Below, piece after piece: positions 24,971-36,929 of a stretch of DNA of 64,000 nucleotides; the first letter of the stretch is position 1; each line of letters starts with the position of its first letter. The notes beneath the pieces are model-generated. The model did not search any database. It was not told the DNA's origin and worked only from the letters and a program-made list of their open reading frames with translations. The translations under genes and the position numbers were made by a program. The DNA lies in the NCBI GenBank assembly GCA_963716055.1, contig CAVQSR010000001.1:838791-902790 (forward strand), read 5' to 3'. Origin of the DNA: an uncultured Gemmatimonadales bacterium (GTDB lineage: Bacteria > Gemmatimonadota > Gemmatimonadetes > Gemmatimonadales > GWC2-71-9).

Positions 24971-25050
24971 GTCCGCCCCCGTCCGCCACTGTCCGCCGCC
25001 GTCCGCCCTTGCCCGCCACTGTCCGCCGCCGTCCGCCCTTGCCAGCCGCC
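24971..25050. repeat. Eight head-to-tail decamers GTCCGCCnnn, including a 30-bp unit duplicated with 1 mismatch, in the tRNA-Ala/tRNA-Gly spacer
   Basis: The units are gtccgccccc gtccgccact gtccgccgcc gtccgccctt gcccgccact gtccgccgcc gtccgccctt gccagccgcc. The 30-bp copies are 24981..25010 and 25011..25040. Confidence 0.85.
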
Positions 25051-25053
25051 GAG

Positions 25054-25126
25054 TGGAGGCGAGGGGAATCGAACCCCTGACCTCGTGAATGCCATTCACG
25101 CGCTCTCCCAACTGAGCTACGCCCCC
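25054..25126 (-). tRNA. tRNA-Ala (anticodon GGC)
   Basis: RNA sense is GGGGGCGTAGCTCAGTTGGGAGAGCGCGTGAATGGCATTCACGAGGTCAGGGGTTCGATTCCCCTCGCCTCCA. The G3:U70 identity pair is present. Confidence 0.93.
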
Positions 25127-25269
25127 GTTATATTGGGAACCCCCAACGGTTTCTGGCGGGAACACGGCATTGTATCGGAGCGTTGGGGTAGTGTCAAGCG
25201 AGCCACGTCACCGGCATGAACTTCGGGCGCGTCCCGGGGTACCACGCCGCACACGGATACCCAAGGAAT

Positions 25270-26328
25270 ATGCCCGTTAAGAAGACCGTTCCGAAGCGCC
25301 GCGCTGCCGCCCGTGCCAAGACGCCCGCCAAGGCCAAGCCGCCGGCCCGTCCGGCGGCGGCCGTGGCGTCCGGCAAGGCCGGCGCCCGGGGCATGCCCAA
25401 GGTCGTGGCCAAGGCCGCGGCGCCCAAGGGGGCCGCTGCCGCGGCGAAGGCCCCGCGCAAGCGCCGCCGCGGCATGATGAGCGGACTCGCGTCCTCGGAG
25501 CACGAGCGCGACATCCTCGACCAGTACCTCCACGAGGTTTCCAAAACCCCGCTGCTCACGCAGAAGGAGGAGATCGCTCTCGCCCGCAAGGTCCGCGCGG
25601 GTGATCAGGAGGCGATGCAGGAGCTGGTCAAGCGCAACCTGCGGTTCGTCATCTCCGTGGCGAAGAAGTACCAGAACCGCGGCCTGCCGCTCACTGACCT
25701 GATCGGCGAGGGCAACGTCGGCCTGCTCACCGCGGCGCGCAAGTTCGATCCGGATCAGGGCGTGAAGTTCATCTCCTACGCCGTGTGGTGGATCCGCCAG
25801 GCGATTCTCGCCGCGCTGGCCCGGCAGGGCCGCACGGTGCGCGTGCCGCTCAACCGCACGGCCGATCTGTCGCGCATCGTGCGGACGGCGGAGTACCTGC
25901 GCCAGACGATGCGCCGCGAGCCGACGCCGGAGGAGATCGCGGACGCCACGAAGCTGTCCCTCGAGGTGGTCCAATCCCTCGCCGCCCTGAACACGGGCGA
26001 CGTGCGGCTCGACGCTCCGCTCGATCCCGACGGGGACCGCTCGCTGATCGAGCGGTTCATCGCCGAGGACCTGCCGGACACCGAGGACCAGGCGATGGAC
26101 CGGTTCCTGTCCGACGAGATCGAGAGCGCGCTGAACACGCTCCAGCGCCGTGACGCGAAGGTGCTGCGGCTGTATTTCGGGCTCGACGGCGGGCGAGAGC
26201 ACACCCTGGAGGAGATCGGGGGGATGCTGGGCGTCACCCGCGAGCGGGTACGCCAGCTGCGTGACCGCGCTCTGAAGCGGCTGCGCGACGGCACCGTGGG
26301 AAGGGCGCTGGCGTCGTTCGCGGCGTAA
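25270..26328 (+). CDS. rpoD: RpoD/SigA-family sigma-70 factor, short form with Lys/Ala/Pro-rich basic N-terminal tail
   Basis: Track ORF 25216..26328 trimmed to ATG 25270, which is preceded by AAGGAA. It has DILDQYLHEVSKTPLLT (region 1.2). Region 2 is RNLRFVISVAKKYQNRGLPLTDLIGEGNVGLLTAARKFDPDQGVKFISYAVWWIRQAI. Region 4.2 is TLEEIGGMLGVTRERVRQLRDRALKRLR. Confidence 0.85.
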   Translation: MPVKKTVPKRRAAARAKTPAKAKPPARPAAAVASGKAGARGMPKVVAKAAAPKGAAAAAKAPRKRRRGMMSGLASSEHERDILDQYLHEVSKTPLLTQKEEIALARKVRAGDQEAMQELVKRNLRFVISVAKKYQNRGLPLTDLIGEGNVGLLTAARKFDPDQGVKFISYAVWWIRQAILAALARQGRTVRVPLNRTADLSRIVRTAEYLRQTMRREPTPEEIADATKLSLEVVQSLAALNTGDVRLDAPLDPDGDRSLIERFIAEDLPDTEDQAMDRFLSDEIESALNTLQRRDAKVLRLYFGLDGGREHTLEEIGGMLGVTRERVRQLRDRALKRLRDGTVGRALASFAA

Positions 26329-26347
26329 GGGGCGGCGCATCGGCTCG

Positions 26348-26382
26348 GGCGGCTCGGCGGCAGGTCCTTCCGCTGAGCCGCC
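26348..26382 (+). terminator. Hairpin after the sigma factor gene
   Basis: GGCGGCTCGGCGG-caggtcctt-CCGCTGAGCCGCC forms a 13-bp stem with one G-U pair, followed by TT. Confidence 0.45.
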
Positions 26383-26427
26383 TTGCCGTCTAGCCCCAAA
26401 GCCGTCCAGCAGTCTACCTTGTAGTTC

Positions 26428-27189
26428 GTGATCGACCGCATCGGCCGATCGGCCCTGACCGGCCTGGCGGAAGCCGGCCGGTTCGGTCGGTTCCTCGCCG
26501 ACATGGCCCGAGCGCTGCCGGACGCCGGCACGTGGGGCCGGTTGCTCGTCGTGCAGATGCGACGGGTGGGCGTGGACTCCCTCCCCGTCGTCGTCTTCAT
26601 CTCGGCGTTCACCGGCGTCGTCCTCGCCCTCCAGGCCTCCTACACCTTCACCGGCACCGTCCCGCTCTATATCGTCGGCACCGTCGTGGGCAAGACGATG
26701 ATGCTCGAGCTGGGGCCCGTGCTCGCCGGGCTCGCGCTCGCGGGCCGGGTGGGCGCGAGCGTCGCGGCCGAGCTCGGGACGATGAAGGTCACCGAGCAGG
26801 TGGACGCGCTCGAGACCCTGGCCTACGACCCGCAGAGCTATCTCGTGATCCCCCGGGTGCTGGCGGGTACCCTCATGGTGCCGCTCGTGGTCGCGCTGGG
26901 GACGGGCGTCGGGATCGTGACCGGATGGCTCGCGAGCGTCGTGCTGCTCGACCTCTCGACCCCGGAGTTCGTCAAGGGCCTCCAGTTCCTCTACAAGTTC
27001 AAGGACACGTGGTACGGCCTCGTGAAGAGCGCGAGCTTCGGGCTCACGATCACGCTGGTGGGCTGCATCGTCGGGCTCGCCACGCGGGGCGGCGCCGAAG
27101 GGGTGGGGCGGAGCACGACCGCGGCCGTCGTGTACTCGGCCGTCCTGATCCTCGTACTCGACGCGTTCTGGGCGATCCTGCTGCTGTGA
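26428..27189 (+). CDS. mlaE: MlaE-family ABC transporter permease
   Basis: 253 aa with GTG start and a multi-TM MlaE-like layout (...SLPVVVFISAFTGVVLALQASYTF...). Confidence 0.85.
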   Translation: MIDRIGRSALTGLAEAGRFGRFLADMARALPDAGTWGRLLVVQMRRVGVDSLPVVVFISAFTGVVLALQASYTFTGTVPLYIVGTVVGKTMMLELGPVLAGLALAGRVGASVAAELGTMKVTEQVDALETLAYDPQSYLVIPRVLAGTLMVPLVVALGTGVGIVTGWLASVVLLDLSTPEFVKGLQFLYKFKDTWYGLVKSASFGLTITLVGCIVGLATRGGAEGVGRSTTAAVVYSAVLILVLDAFWAILLL

Positions 27190-27911
27190 TCCGCTTCGAC
27201 GACCTCCACAAGGGCTTCGGGGCCAAGCCGGTCTTGACCGGCTTCAGCCTCGAGGTGCGTGACGGCGAGACGATGGTGATCATCGGGTACTCCGGCAGCG
27301 GCAAGAGCGTGGCCATCAAGCACATCGTGGGGCTGCTGCGGCCCGACAGCGGCGAAGTGTACGTGGACGACCGGGCGGTCTCGGAGCTCGATCGAGCGGG
27401 CCTCAACGCGCTGCGGCGCGACATCGGGTTCGTGTTCCAGTTCGCGGCCCTGTTCGATTCCATGACCGTGTTCGACAACGTCGCGCTCGGCCTGCGGCGC
27501 CGTGATGTGGGCGACGACGAGATCGTCGAGCGGGTGGGGGAGGCCCTGGCCCTCGTGGACCTGACGGGCACCGACGAGCGCATGCCCGCCGAGCTGTCGG
27601 GCGGGATGCGCAAGCGGGTCGGGATCGCGCGGGCGATCGCCCTCAAGCCGCGCTATATCCTGTATGACGAGCCGACCACCGGGCTCGATCCGGTGACCTC
27701 GGCCGTCATGGACCGCCTGATGGTGCGCACCCGCGAGCACCTGGGCGTCACGGGCATCGTCGTGACCCACGACATGCGGTCGGCCTACACGGTGGGCGAC
27801 CGGATCGCCATGTTGTACGAGGGCGGCATCCGGCAGGTGGGGACGGTGGCCGAGATCCAGTATTCGGACGACCCGGTCGTCCGCCAGTTCATCGAGGGGC
27901 GGCCCGAATGA
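27186..27911 (+). CDS. mlaF: MlaF-type ABC transporter ATP-binding protein
   Basis: This is the 3' part of track ORF 26532..27911, starting at GTG 27186 (GTGA overlap). It has Walker A GYSGSGKS, signature LSGGMRKR and Walker B ILYDEP. Confidence 0.9.
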   Translation: MIRFDDLHKGFGAKPVLTGFSLEVRDGETMVIIGYSGSGKSVAIKHIVGLLRPDSGEVYVDDRAVSELDRAGLNALRRDIGFVFQFAALFDSMTVFDNVALGLRRRDVGDDEIVERVGEALALVDLTGTDERMPAELSGGMRKRVGIARAIALKPRYILYDEPTTGLDPVTSAVMDRLMVRTREHLGVTGIVVTHDMRSAYTVGDRIAMLYEGGIRQVGTVAEIQYSDDPVVRQFIEGRPE

Positions 27912-28915
27912 AGCGCGGGAACGAGTTCGCGGTGGGGGTCGTGGTGATCGGGGCCTTCGCGCTCATCGTGGCCGGCGCCCTGTGGCTCTCGGGCGCCGCC
28001 ATCGGACGCGCCGAGAGCCTGTACACGGCGCGCTTCCGCACGGTTGGGGGGCTCGGCGTCGGGAAGCCGGTCGTGCTGCGCGGCGTGCGCGTCGGCCGGG
28101 TGGAGGAGATCCGCCTCGCATCCGGGAACTGGGTCGAGGCCGACCTCCGGGTCTACCAGGACATCGCGCTCCCCCCGCGGCCCGCGGTGATCGCGGCCTC
28201 CGCCTCCCTGTTCGGGGAGTGGGCGGCCACGCTGATCTCGCTCGATCAGCCGCCCGACGATCCCAACATCCGCCAGCAGCTCCAGGAGGCCGCCTCGGCG
28301 GGCGGCGGCCGGTGGCCCGGTGCCACCCTCCCCGACGTGGGCCAGCTCACGGCGCAGGCGGGCCGCATCGCCGGCGACATCGCGGCCGTGGCCGGGCGGT
28401 TCCGCACGGCCTTCGACTCCCAGGCGGCCTCGGACCTGCAGCGCTCGATCCGGGACTTCGCCAACATGGCCGACCGGCTCGCCGCCGTGACCGCCGAGCA
28501 GACCGACGTGATGCGCGCGATCGGGTCGAATCTCGAGCGCGGCTCGGAACACGTGGCCCAGGCGGCGGGCGACTTCGCGGCGACCGCGAGCCGCATGGAC
28601 TCGGCCACCGCCGAGGGTCAGGTGACCTCCGTAATGGAGAACGCGGCGGCGGCCTCCGGAGATCTCCGGGCCGCGGCGACCGATCTGCGCTCGTTGCTGG
28701 CCGCCGCCCAGCGCAACCAGGAGAGCATGGTCCGCATCCTCGTCGGCGCGGACACGGTGATGACGCGGATCGTGAACCGCAGCGGCTCCCTGGGCCTGCT
28801 GGTCGGCGACTCGACCCTCTACCAGGAGGCGACGCTCACGCTGATCCAGCTGCGGCAGCTGCTGGCCGACATTCAGGCGAACCCGCGGAAGTACTTCACT
28901 TTCAGCGTGTTTTGA
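27908..28915 (+). CDS. mlaD: MlaD/MCE-family substrate-binding protein
   Basis: 335 aa with ATGA overlap. It has an N-terminal TM (FAVGVVVIGAFALIVAGALWL), an MCE domain (GLGVGKPVVLRGVRVGRVEEIRL) and a long helical C-terminus. Confidence 0.85.
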   Translation: MKRGNEFAVGVVVIGAFALIVAGALWLSGAAIGRAESLYTARFRTVGGLGVGKPVVLRGVRVGRVEEIRLASGNWVEADLRVYQDIALPPRPAVIAASASLFGEWAATLISLDQPPDDPNIRQQLQEAASAGGGRWPGATLPDVGQLTAQAGRIAGDIAAVAGRFRTAFDSQAASDLQRSIRDFANMADRLAAVTAEQTDVMRAIGSNLERGSEHVAQAAGDFAATASRMDSATAEGQVTSVMENAAAASGDLRAAATDLRSLLAAAQRNQESMVRILVGADTVMTRIVNRSGSLGLLVGDSTLYQEATLTLIQLRQLLADIQANPRKYFTFSVF

Positions 28916-28918
28916 GCG

Positions 28919-29380
28919 ATGGCCAAGCAGCGGGCGGCGCGCGAGACGAGCGCCGGCGGCGTCGTGTTCCGGCGCCGCCCGGGCGGCGACATCCGCTTCC
29001 TGCTCATCCGCGACTCGTACGACAACTGGGGCTTCCCCAAGGGGCACCTCGAGTCCGGCGAGCCGCCGCTCGATGCCGCGCGCCGCGAGGTGGGCGAGGA
29101 GACCGGCCTCGAGCACCTCGTCCCGCGCGGCGCCCTGGGGGTGATCGACTGGTATTTCCGGTTCCGCGGCCGCACCATCCACAAGTTCTGCCATTTCTTC
29201 CTCCTCGAGTCCCCCGACGGCGAGCCGGTACCGCAGGTCGCCGAGGGGATCACCGCATGCATCTGGTTGCCGCTCGAAGAGGCCCTGACCACCATTTCCT
29301 ACGCCAACGCCCGCACCATGCTGCAGGAAGCGGCCACGCGGGTGGAGGTGCTGGTGCGCTCCGCGGAGCAGCCGTCGTGA
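28919..29380 (+). CDS. NUDIX hydrolase
   Basis: 153 aa with Nudix box GFPKGHLESGEPPLDAARREVGEETGL. Confidence 0.85.
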   Translation: MAKQRAARETSAGGVVFRRRPGGDIRFLLIRDSYDNWGFPKGHLESGEPPLDAARREVGEETGLEHLVPRGALGVIDWYFRFRGRTIHKFCHFFLLESPDGEPVPQVAEGITACIWLPLEEALTTISYANARTMLQEAATRVEVLVRSAEQPS

Positions 29381-30147
29381 CCCCCGTGGTGCCCGTGTTT
29401 CACCCGCGCCGCGACGCGCGCCATGCCGTGAAGCGCGGCTATCCGCGCCGCGCCGGGGCGGTGCGGTTGTGCCGTTCGCTCGATGCGGTCGAAGCGTTGA
29501 TTGCCGAGTGCCTCGTGGACGCCGTGGTGCTGGACGTCAAGGCAGCCACCGACCAGGCGCTCGCCCTGCCGGCCCGGTTCCCCGGCATTCCCGTGTACGC
29601 GCTGTCCGCGTTCCGCCCTCAGGACGCGGCCCTGTTGGAGCGCTGTCACCGGGCGGGTCTCGCGGGCACGCTGGTCGAGGGGGTGGACAACGCGGTGGTG
29701 GGGGAATGGGTCGCCGCGCGCACCGCCCAGGTGGGCCGGCGCCGCGCGCTGGAAGACGCGCCGGCAGTGCTGCGGCTCACCGATCCGATCCAGCTCGCCG
29801 CGTGGGAAGAGGTGCTGCGGCGCGTGGCGGTACCGCTCAAGACCTCGGACGTGGCGCGCACCCTGCGGGTGACGCGCGAGCACCTGTCGCGGCAGTTCGC
29901 GGCCGGCGGCGCCCCCAATCTGAAACGCGTCATCGACCTGGCGCGCGCCGCCTGCGCCGCCGATCTGTTGGCGAACCCGGGGTACACGGTGCGGCATGTG
30001 GGTCGCATCCTGCAGTACGCCTCCGCCAGCCACCTCGCTGCCGCGGCGCGTCGCGTCGCCGGCGTCACGCCCGCCGAGTTGCGCGACCTGGGGCCCCGCG
30101 GCGTGCTGGCCCGGTTCGTCCGCGGGCGCACCCGGTCCCGGGCGTGA
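29377..30147 (+). CDS. AraC-family HTH regulator with N-terminal pseudo-receiver-like domain
   Basis: This is the 3' part of track ORF 27982..30147, starting at GTG 29377 (GTGA overlap). HTH segments are TSDVARTLRVTREHLSRQF and GYTVRHVGRILQYASASHLAAAARRVAGVTPAELR. The N-terminal CheY-like segment (DAVVLDV) lacks the N-terminal acidic pair. Confidence 0.75.
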   Translation: MTPVVPVFHPRRDARHAVKRGYPRRAGAVRLCRSLDAVEALIAECLVDAVVLDVKAATDQALALPARFPGIPVYALSAFRPQDAALLERCHRAGLAGTLVEGVDNAVVGEWVAARTAQVGRRRALEDAPAVLRLTDPIQLAAWEEVLRRVAVPLKTSDVARTLRVTREHLSRQFAAGGAPNLKRVIDLARAACAADLLANPGYTVRHVGRILQYASASHLAAAARRVAGVTPAELRDLGPRGVLARFVRGRTRSRA

Positions 30148-30178
30148 GCGCGCTGGGGGTGGCGGCGGGGCGCGGCCA

Positions 30179-30194
30179 TGTGATACTTTTCACA
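30179..30194. promoter_or_regulatory. Perfect TGTGA-N6-TCACA palindrome (CRP/FNR-family operator consensus) upstream of atpA
   Basis: TGTGATACTTTTCACA ends 32 nt before ATG 30226. It is an AT-rich island in GC-rich DNA. It also contains TACTTTTC, one mismatch from TAnnTTTG. Confidence 0.4.
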
Positions 30195-30225
30195 AGCTGT
30201 ACCCGACCCTAACCCCCCAACCCTC

Positions 30226-34374
<4,149 letters not shown>

Positions 34375-34497
34375 TCACGGGCACCGGGTGAGCGGGATCA
34401 CGCCGCGCCCGGCTGGCGGGCAGGCCGGGAACGCGCGGCGGGACTCCGGGTACGGGTTGGCAGGCTGGTGTGGTCGTACCATTCTCGAGGAGGATTC

Positions 34498-35157
34498 ATG
34501 CGAAGGATGACGGTGCTGGTGCTGCTCACGGTGGTTGCCGCGCTCCCCGCGTCGGCGCAGTGGGCCGGGATGCCGGTGTGGAACAGCCCCAAGGGCGGAA
34601 CCGGCGTGAAGATCATGGGGGACGTCGGATTGCCGTCGAATGACGCCGGCGGCGGGACCGCGTTCGGCGGCCGGGCGTCGCTCGGCCTCAGCGTCCTCAC
34701 GCTCACGGCCGGGGTCGCGAGCTACAAGCCGGACAACGTCACGGATCGAGTCACGTCGTTCGGAGGAACGGCGGCGTTCCGCGTCGTGGGCGGCGCGCTC
34801 ATGCCCGTCAACGTGAACATCATCGGCGGCGCATCGACGACGAAGGACGTCCGCGTCACCCCCCTGACCTCGGCAGACCTCACCACGATCGTGGCGGGGG
34901 CCGGCGCCAGCGTCAGCCTGCCCATCCCGGGGTTCAGCATCGAGCCGTACCTCTCGATCACCAACCGCTGGAACAAGTTCTCGGGCGCGGGCAATACCGA
35001 GTCCGACATCGGGTGGACGGTGGGCGCCAACGTGGGTCTTGGCATGCTCGGGGTCCACGCGGCCTACGACTCGCAGGACCGCTTCGGTGCGGGGAGCGCC
35101 GGGGTCCTGGGCGTCGGCGTGCACATCGGCATCGGCGTCCCTGTCCCCGGTCTCTGA
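34498..35157 (+). CDS. Small outer-membrane beta-barrel-like protein
   Basis: Track ORF 34468..35157 trimmed to ATG 34498, which is preceded by GGAGGATTC. Signal is MRRMTVLVLLTVVAALPASAQ. The sequence is Gly-rich with alternating strands. Confidence 0.7.
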   Translation: MRRMTVLVLLTVVAALPASAQWAGMPVWNSPKGGTGVKIMGDVGLPSNDAGGGTAFGGRASLGLSVLTLTAGVASYKPDNVTDRVTSFGGTAAFRVVGGALMPVNVNIIGGASTTKDVRVTPLTSADLTTIVAGAGASVSLPIPGFSIEPYLSITNRWNKFSGAGNTESDIGWTVGANVGLGMLGVHAAYDSQDRFGAGSAGVLGVGVHIGIGVPVPGL

Positions 35158-35192
35158 GCCGGTTCACAACGTCGGGAAGAGCCACTAGCTTT

Positions 35193-35220
35193 GGGGCGCG
35201 CCATCCCGGCGCGCCCCTTT
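35193..35220 (+). terminator. Intrinsic terminator-like hairpin
   Basis: GGGGCGCGCC-atccc-GGCGCGCCCC is followed by TTT. Confidence 0.5.
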
Positions 35221-35241
35221 CCCCCTCGAGCTCGGACCCTG

Positions 35242-35613
35242 ATGCGCGCGACCCGCCGACTGTGCCGTGCCGGACTTGCGGCCGCCGTGCTGACGACGAC
35301 CGCCTGCAGCTACACGCTCGACGCCACCGCGCTCGGCGTGCCGGCAACGCTGTCCGAGCGTGCGGGCGCGCCGGTTCAGGGGACGCCGTTCCGCGTCACG
35401 AAGCACCCGGTCCATCTCTTCTGGGGCGCGTTTTCCGCCGGCACCGTCAATCTCGAGGACGCGCTGGCGGGTCAGGTCGGCACCGGCGCGGCGCTCGCCA
35501 ACGTCCGGGTGCACGTGCGGAGCAGGTTGCTCGACGTGTTCGTCACCGCGCTCACCGCGGGCGTTATCGCTCCCCGCACAGTCACGGTCGAGGGCGTGGT
35601 CATCCAGCGCTAG
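35242..35613 (+). CDS. Small lipoprotein (Bor-like, tentative)
   Basis: Track ORF 35191..35613 overlaps the terminator, so it is trimmed to ATG 35242. It reads MRATRRLCRAGLAAAVLTTTAC..., HLFWGAFS, ...TVTVEGVVIQR. Confidence 0.6.
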   Translation: MRATRRLCRAGLAAAVLTTTACSYTLDATALGVPATLSERAGAPVQGTPFRVTKHPVHLFWGAFSAGTVNLEDALAGQVGTGAALANVRVHVRSRLLDVFVTALTAGVIAPRTVTVEGVVIQR

Positions 35614-36929
35614 TCGTCGCCCCGCCGCATCAGCTCCGCCACCAGCTCCGCCGTCCGCGCCGCGGCACCACACCCGTCGCGCACCACCGTCCGGGCCGCA
35701 TTGCCGGCGCGCCGGCGCGCGTCCGCGTCGTGGTACCACACGAGCCACTGGGCGAGCAGCGCGCGCGCGCCGTCCCGGACGGGGAGGGCCGCCGCGGCGC
35801 CCCGCTCGAGCAGCAGCGCGGCATCACGGCTGTTCGACCAGCGCGGGCCGACGCTCACCGGTGCGCCGAAGACCGCGGGCTCGAGCACCGAGTGCAGTCC
35901 CGCGCGGTGAAAGCCGCCGCCCACGTAGGCGACATCCGCCGCGGCGTAGAGATCGGCCAGCACCCCCACCCGATCCACCGCGATCACGCTCGCCGCCTCC
36001 CCGGGGTCCACGCGCGACAGCCGCACGGGCGCTGGCAACCCGAGCGCGATCGCGCGGCGGGCGATCCCGGCGAGATGCCGGGCGTCGGGCTCGTGCGGCG
36101 CGATCACCAGGCGCGCCGCGGGCACCTCGTCGCGCAGCCGCGCGAACGCGGTGAGGACGACGGCCTCGTCCGGAGGCCAGGTCGAGCCCGCGATGATCGT
36201 GAAGCCGCCGGGTGCGGCGGCGCCCAGCCGCCCGACCGGCTCGGCCCCGCGGTGGAGCCGTGCGGCACGCTCGGTCACGCTGTCGTAGCGCGTGTCTCCC
36301 GTGATGCCGATCGCCTCGGCGCGGGCACCCAGCGTCTCGAGGCGGCGCGCGTCGTCGGAGCTGATGGCGCCGACCCGGTCGAGTGCCGCGTACGCGGGCG
36401 CCAGCCACCCGCGGGCCGGCCAGCGCAGGCGTCCGCTGCCGGGGGCCACCGTCGCCGCGATGAGCCCGAGCCGCACGCCCCGAGCCGCCGCGGCGAGCGT
36501 GAGCTCGGGCCACACGTCGAGCTTGCTGTACACCAGCGCCGTGGGGGTCAGGGCGTCGAGCGCGGCGGCGACGGCCCGGGGACGGTCGAACGGCAGGAAG
36601 TCGGCGACGTCCACCGGCAGCGACGCGGCGAACCGCTCGGCGGATGGTGAGAAGAACGTATAGGCGATCTGCCACGTCCCGTGGTCCTGGCGGAGCCGCT
36701 GGAGGACGGCCTTGGCCTGCAACCCCTCGCCCACCGAGGGCGCGTGCATCCACAGCAGGGGGCGTGCGGGATCCCGGTGCGCCGCACTCCACGCCGCGAG
36801 CCGCTCGGTGAGTCCGGCGCGCCCCGCCAGACCGCGCGCGACCTTGCCGTCGAGCCGGGCCGCCAGGGGCGCGGCGGCGCGCGCGGCGAGGGCCGCCAGG
36901 CGGTAGCCCAGCGCCGGACGGGCGCTCAC
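35610..36929 (-). CDS. waaA: 3-deoxy-D-manno-octulosonic acid (Kdo) transferase
   Basis: 439 aa with PLLWMHAPSVGEGLQAKAVLQRL... and GITGDTRYDSV. It has a GT30/GT-B layout. Confidence 0.85.
   Translation of the reverse strand: MSARPALGYRLAALAARAAAPLAARLDGKVARGLAGRAGLTERLAAWSAAHRDPARPLLWMHAPSVGEGLQAKAVLQRLRQDHGTWQIAYTFFSPSAERFAASLPVDVADFLPFDRPRAVAAALDALTPTALVYSKLDVWPELTLAAAARGVRLGLIAATVAPGSGRLRWPARGWLAPAYAALDRVGAISSDDARRLETLGARAEAIGITGDTRYDSVTERAARLHRGAEPVGRLGAAAPGGFTIIAGSTWPPDEAVVLTAFARLRDEVPAARLVIAPHEPDARHLAGIARRAIALGLPAPVRLSRVDPGEAASVIAVDRVGVLADLYAAADVAYVGGGFHRAGLHSVLEPAVFGAPVSVGPRWSNSRDAALLLERGAAAALPVRDGARALLAQWLVWYHDADARRRAGNAARTVVRDGCGAAARTAELVAELMRRGDD

Noticed and set aside
24971-25050. 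Possible CRISPR array or minisatellite-encoded peptide (track ORFs 24904..25095 and 24965..25165)
   Set aside because: The units are 10 bp with no unique spacers, no cas genes are present, and the array lies inside a tRNA operon spacer. I kept it as a repeat and not as a CRISPR or CDS.
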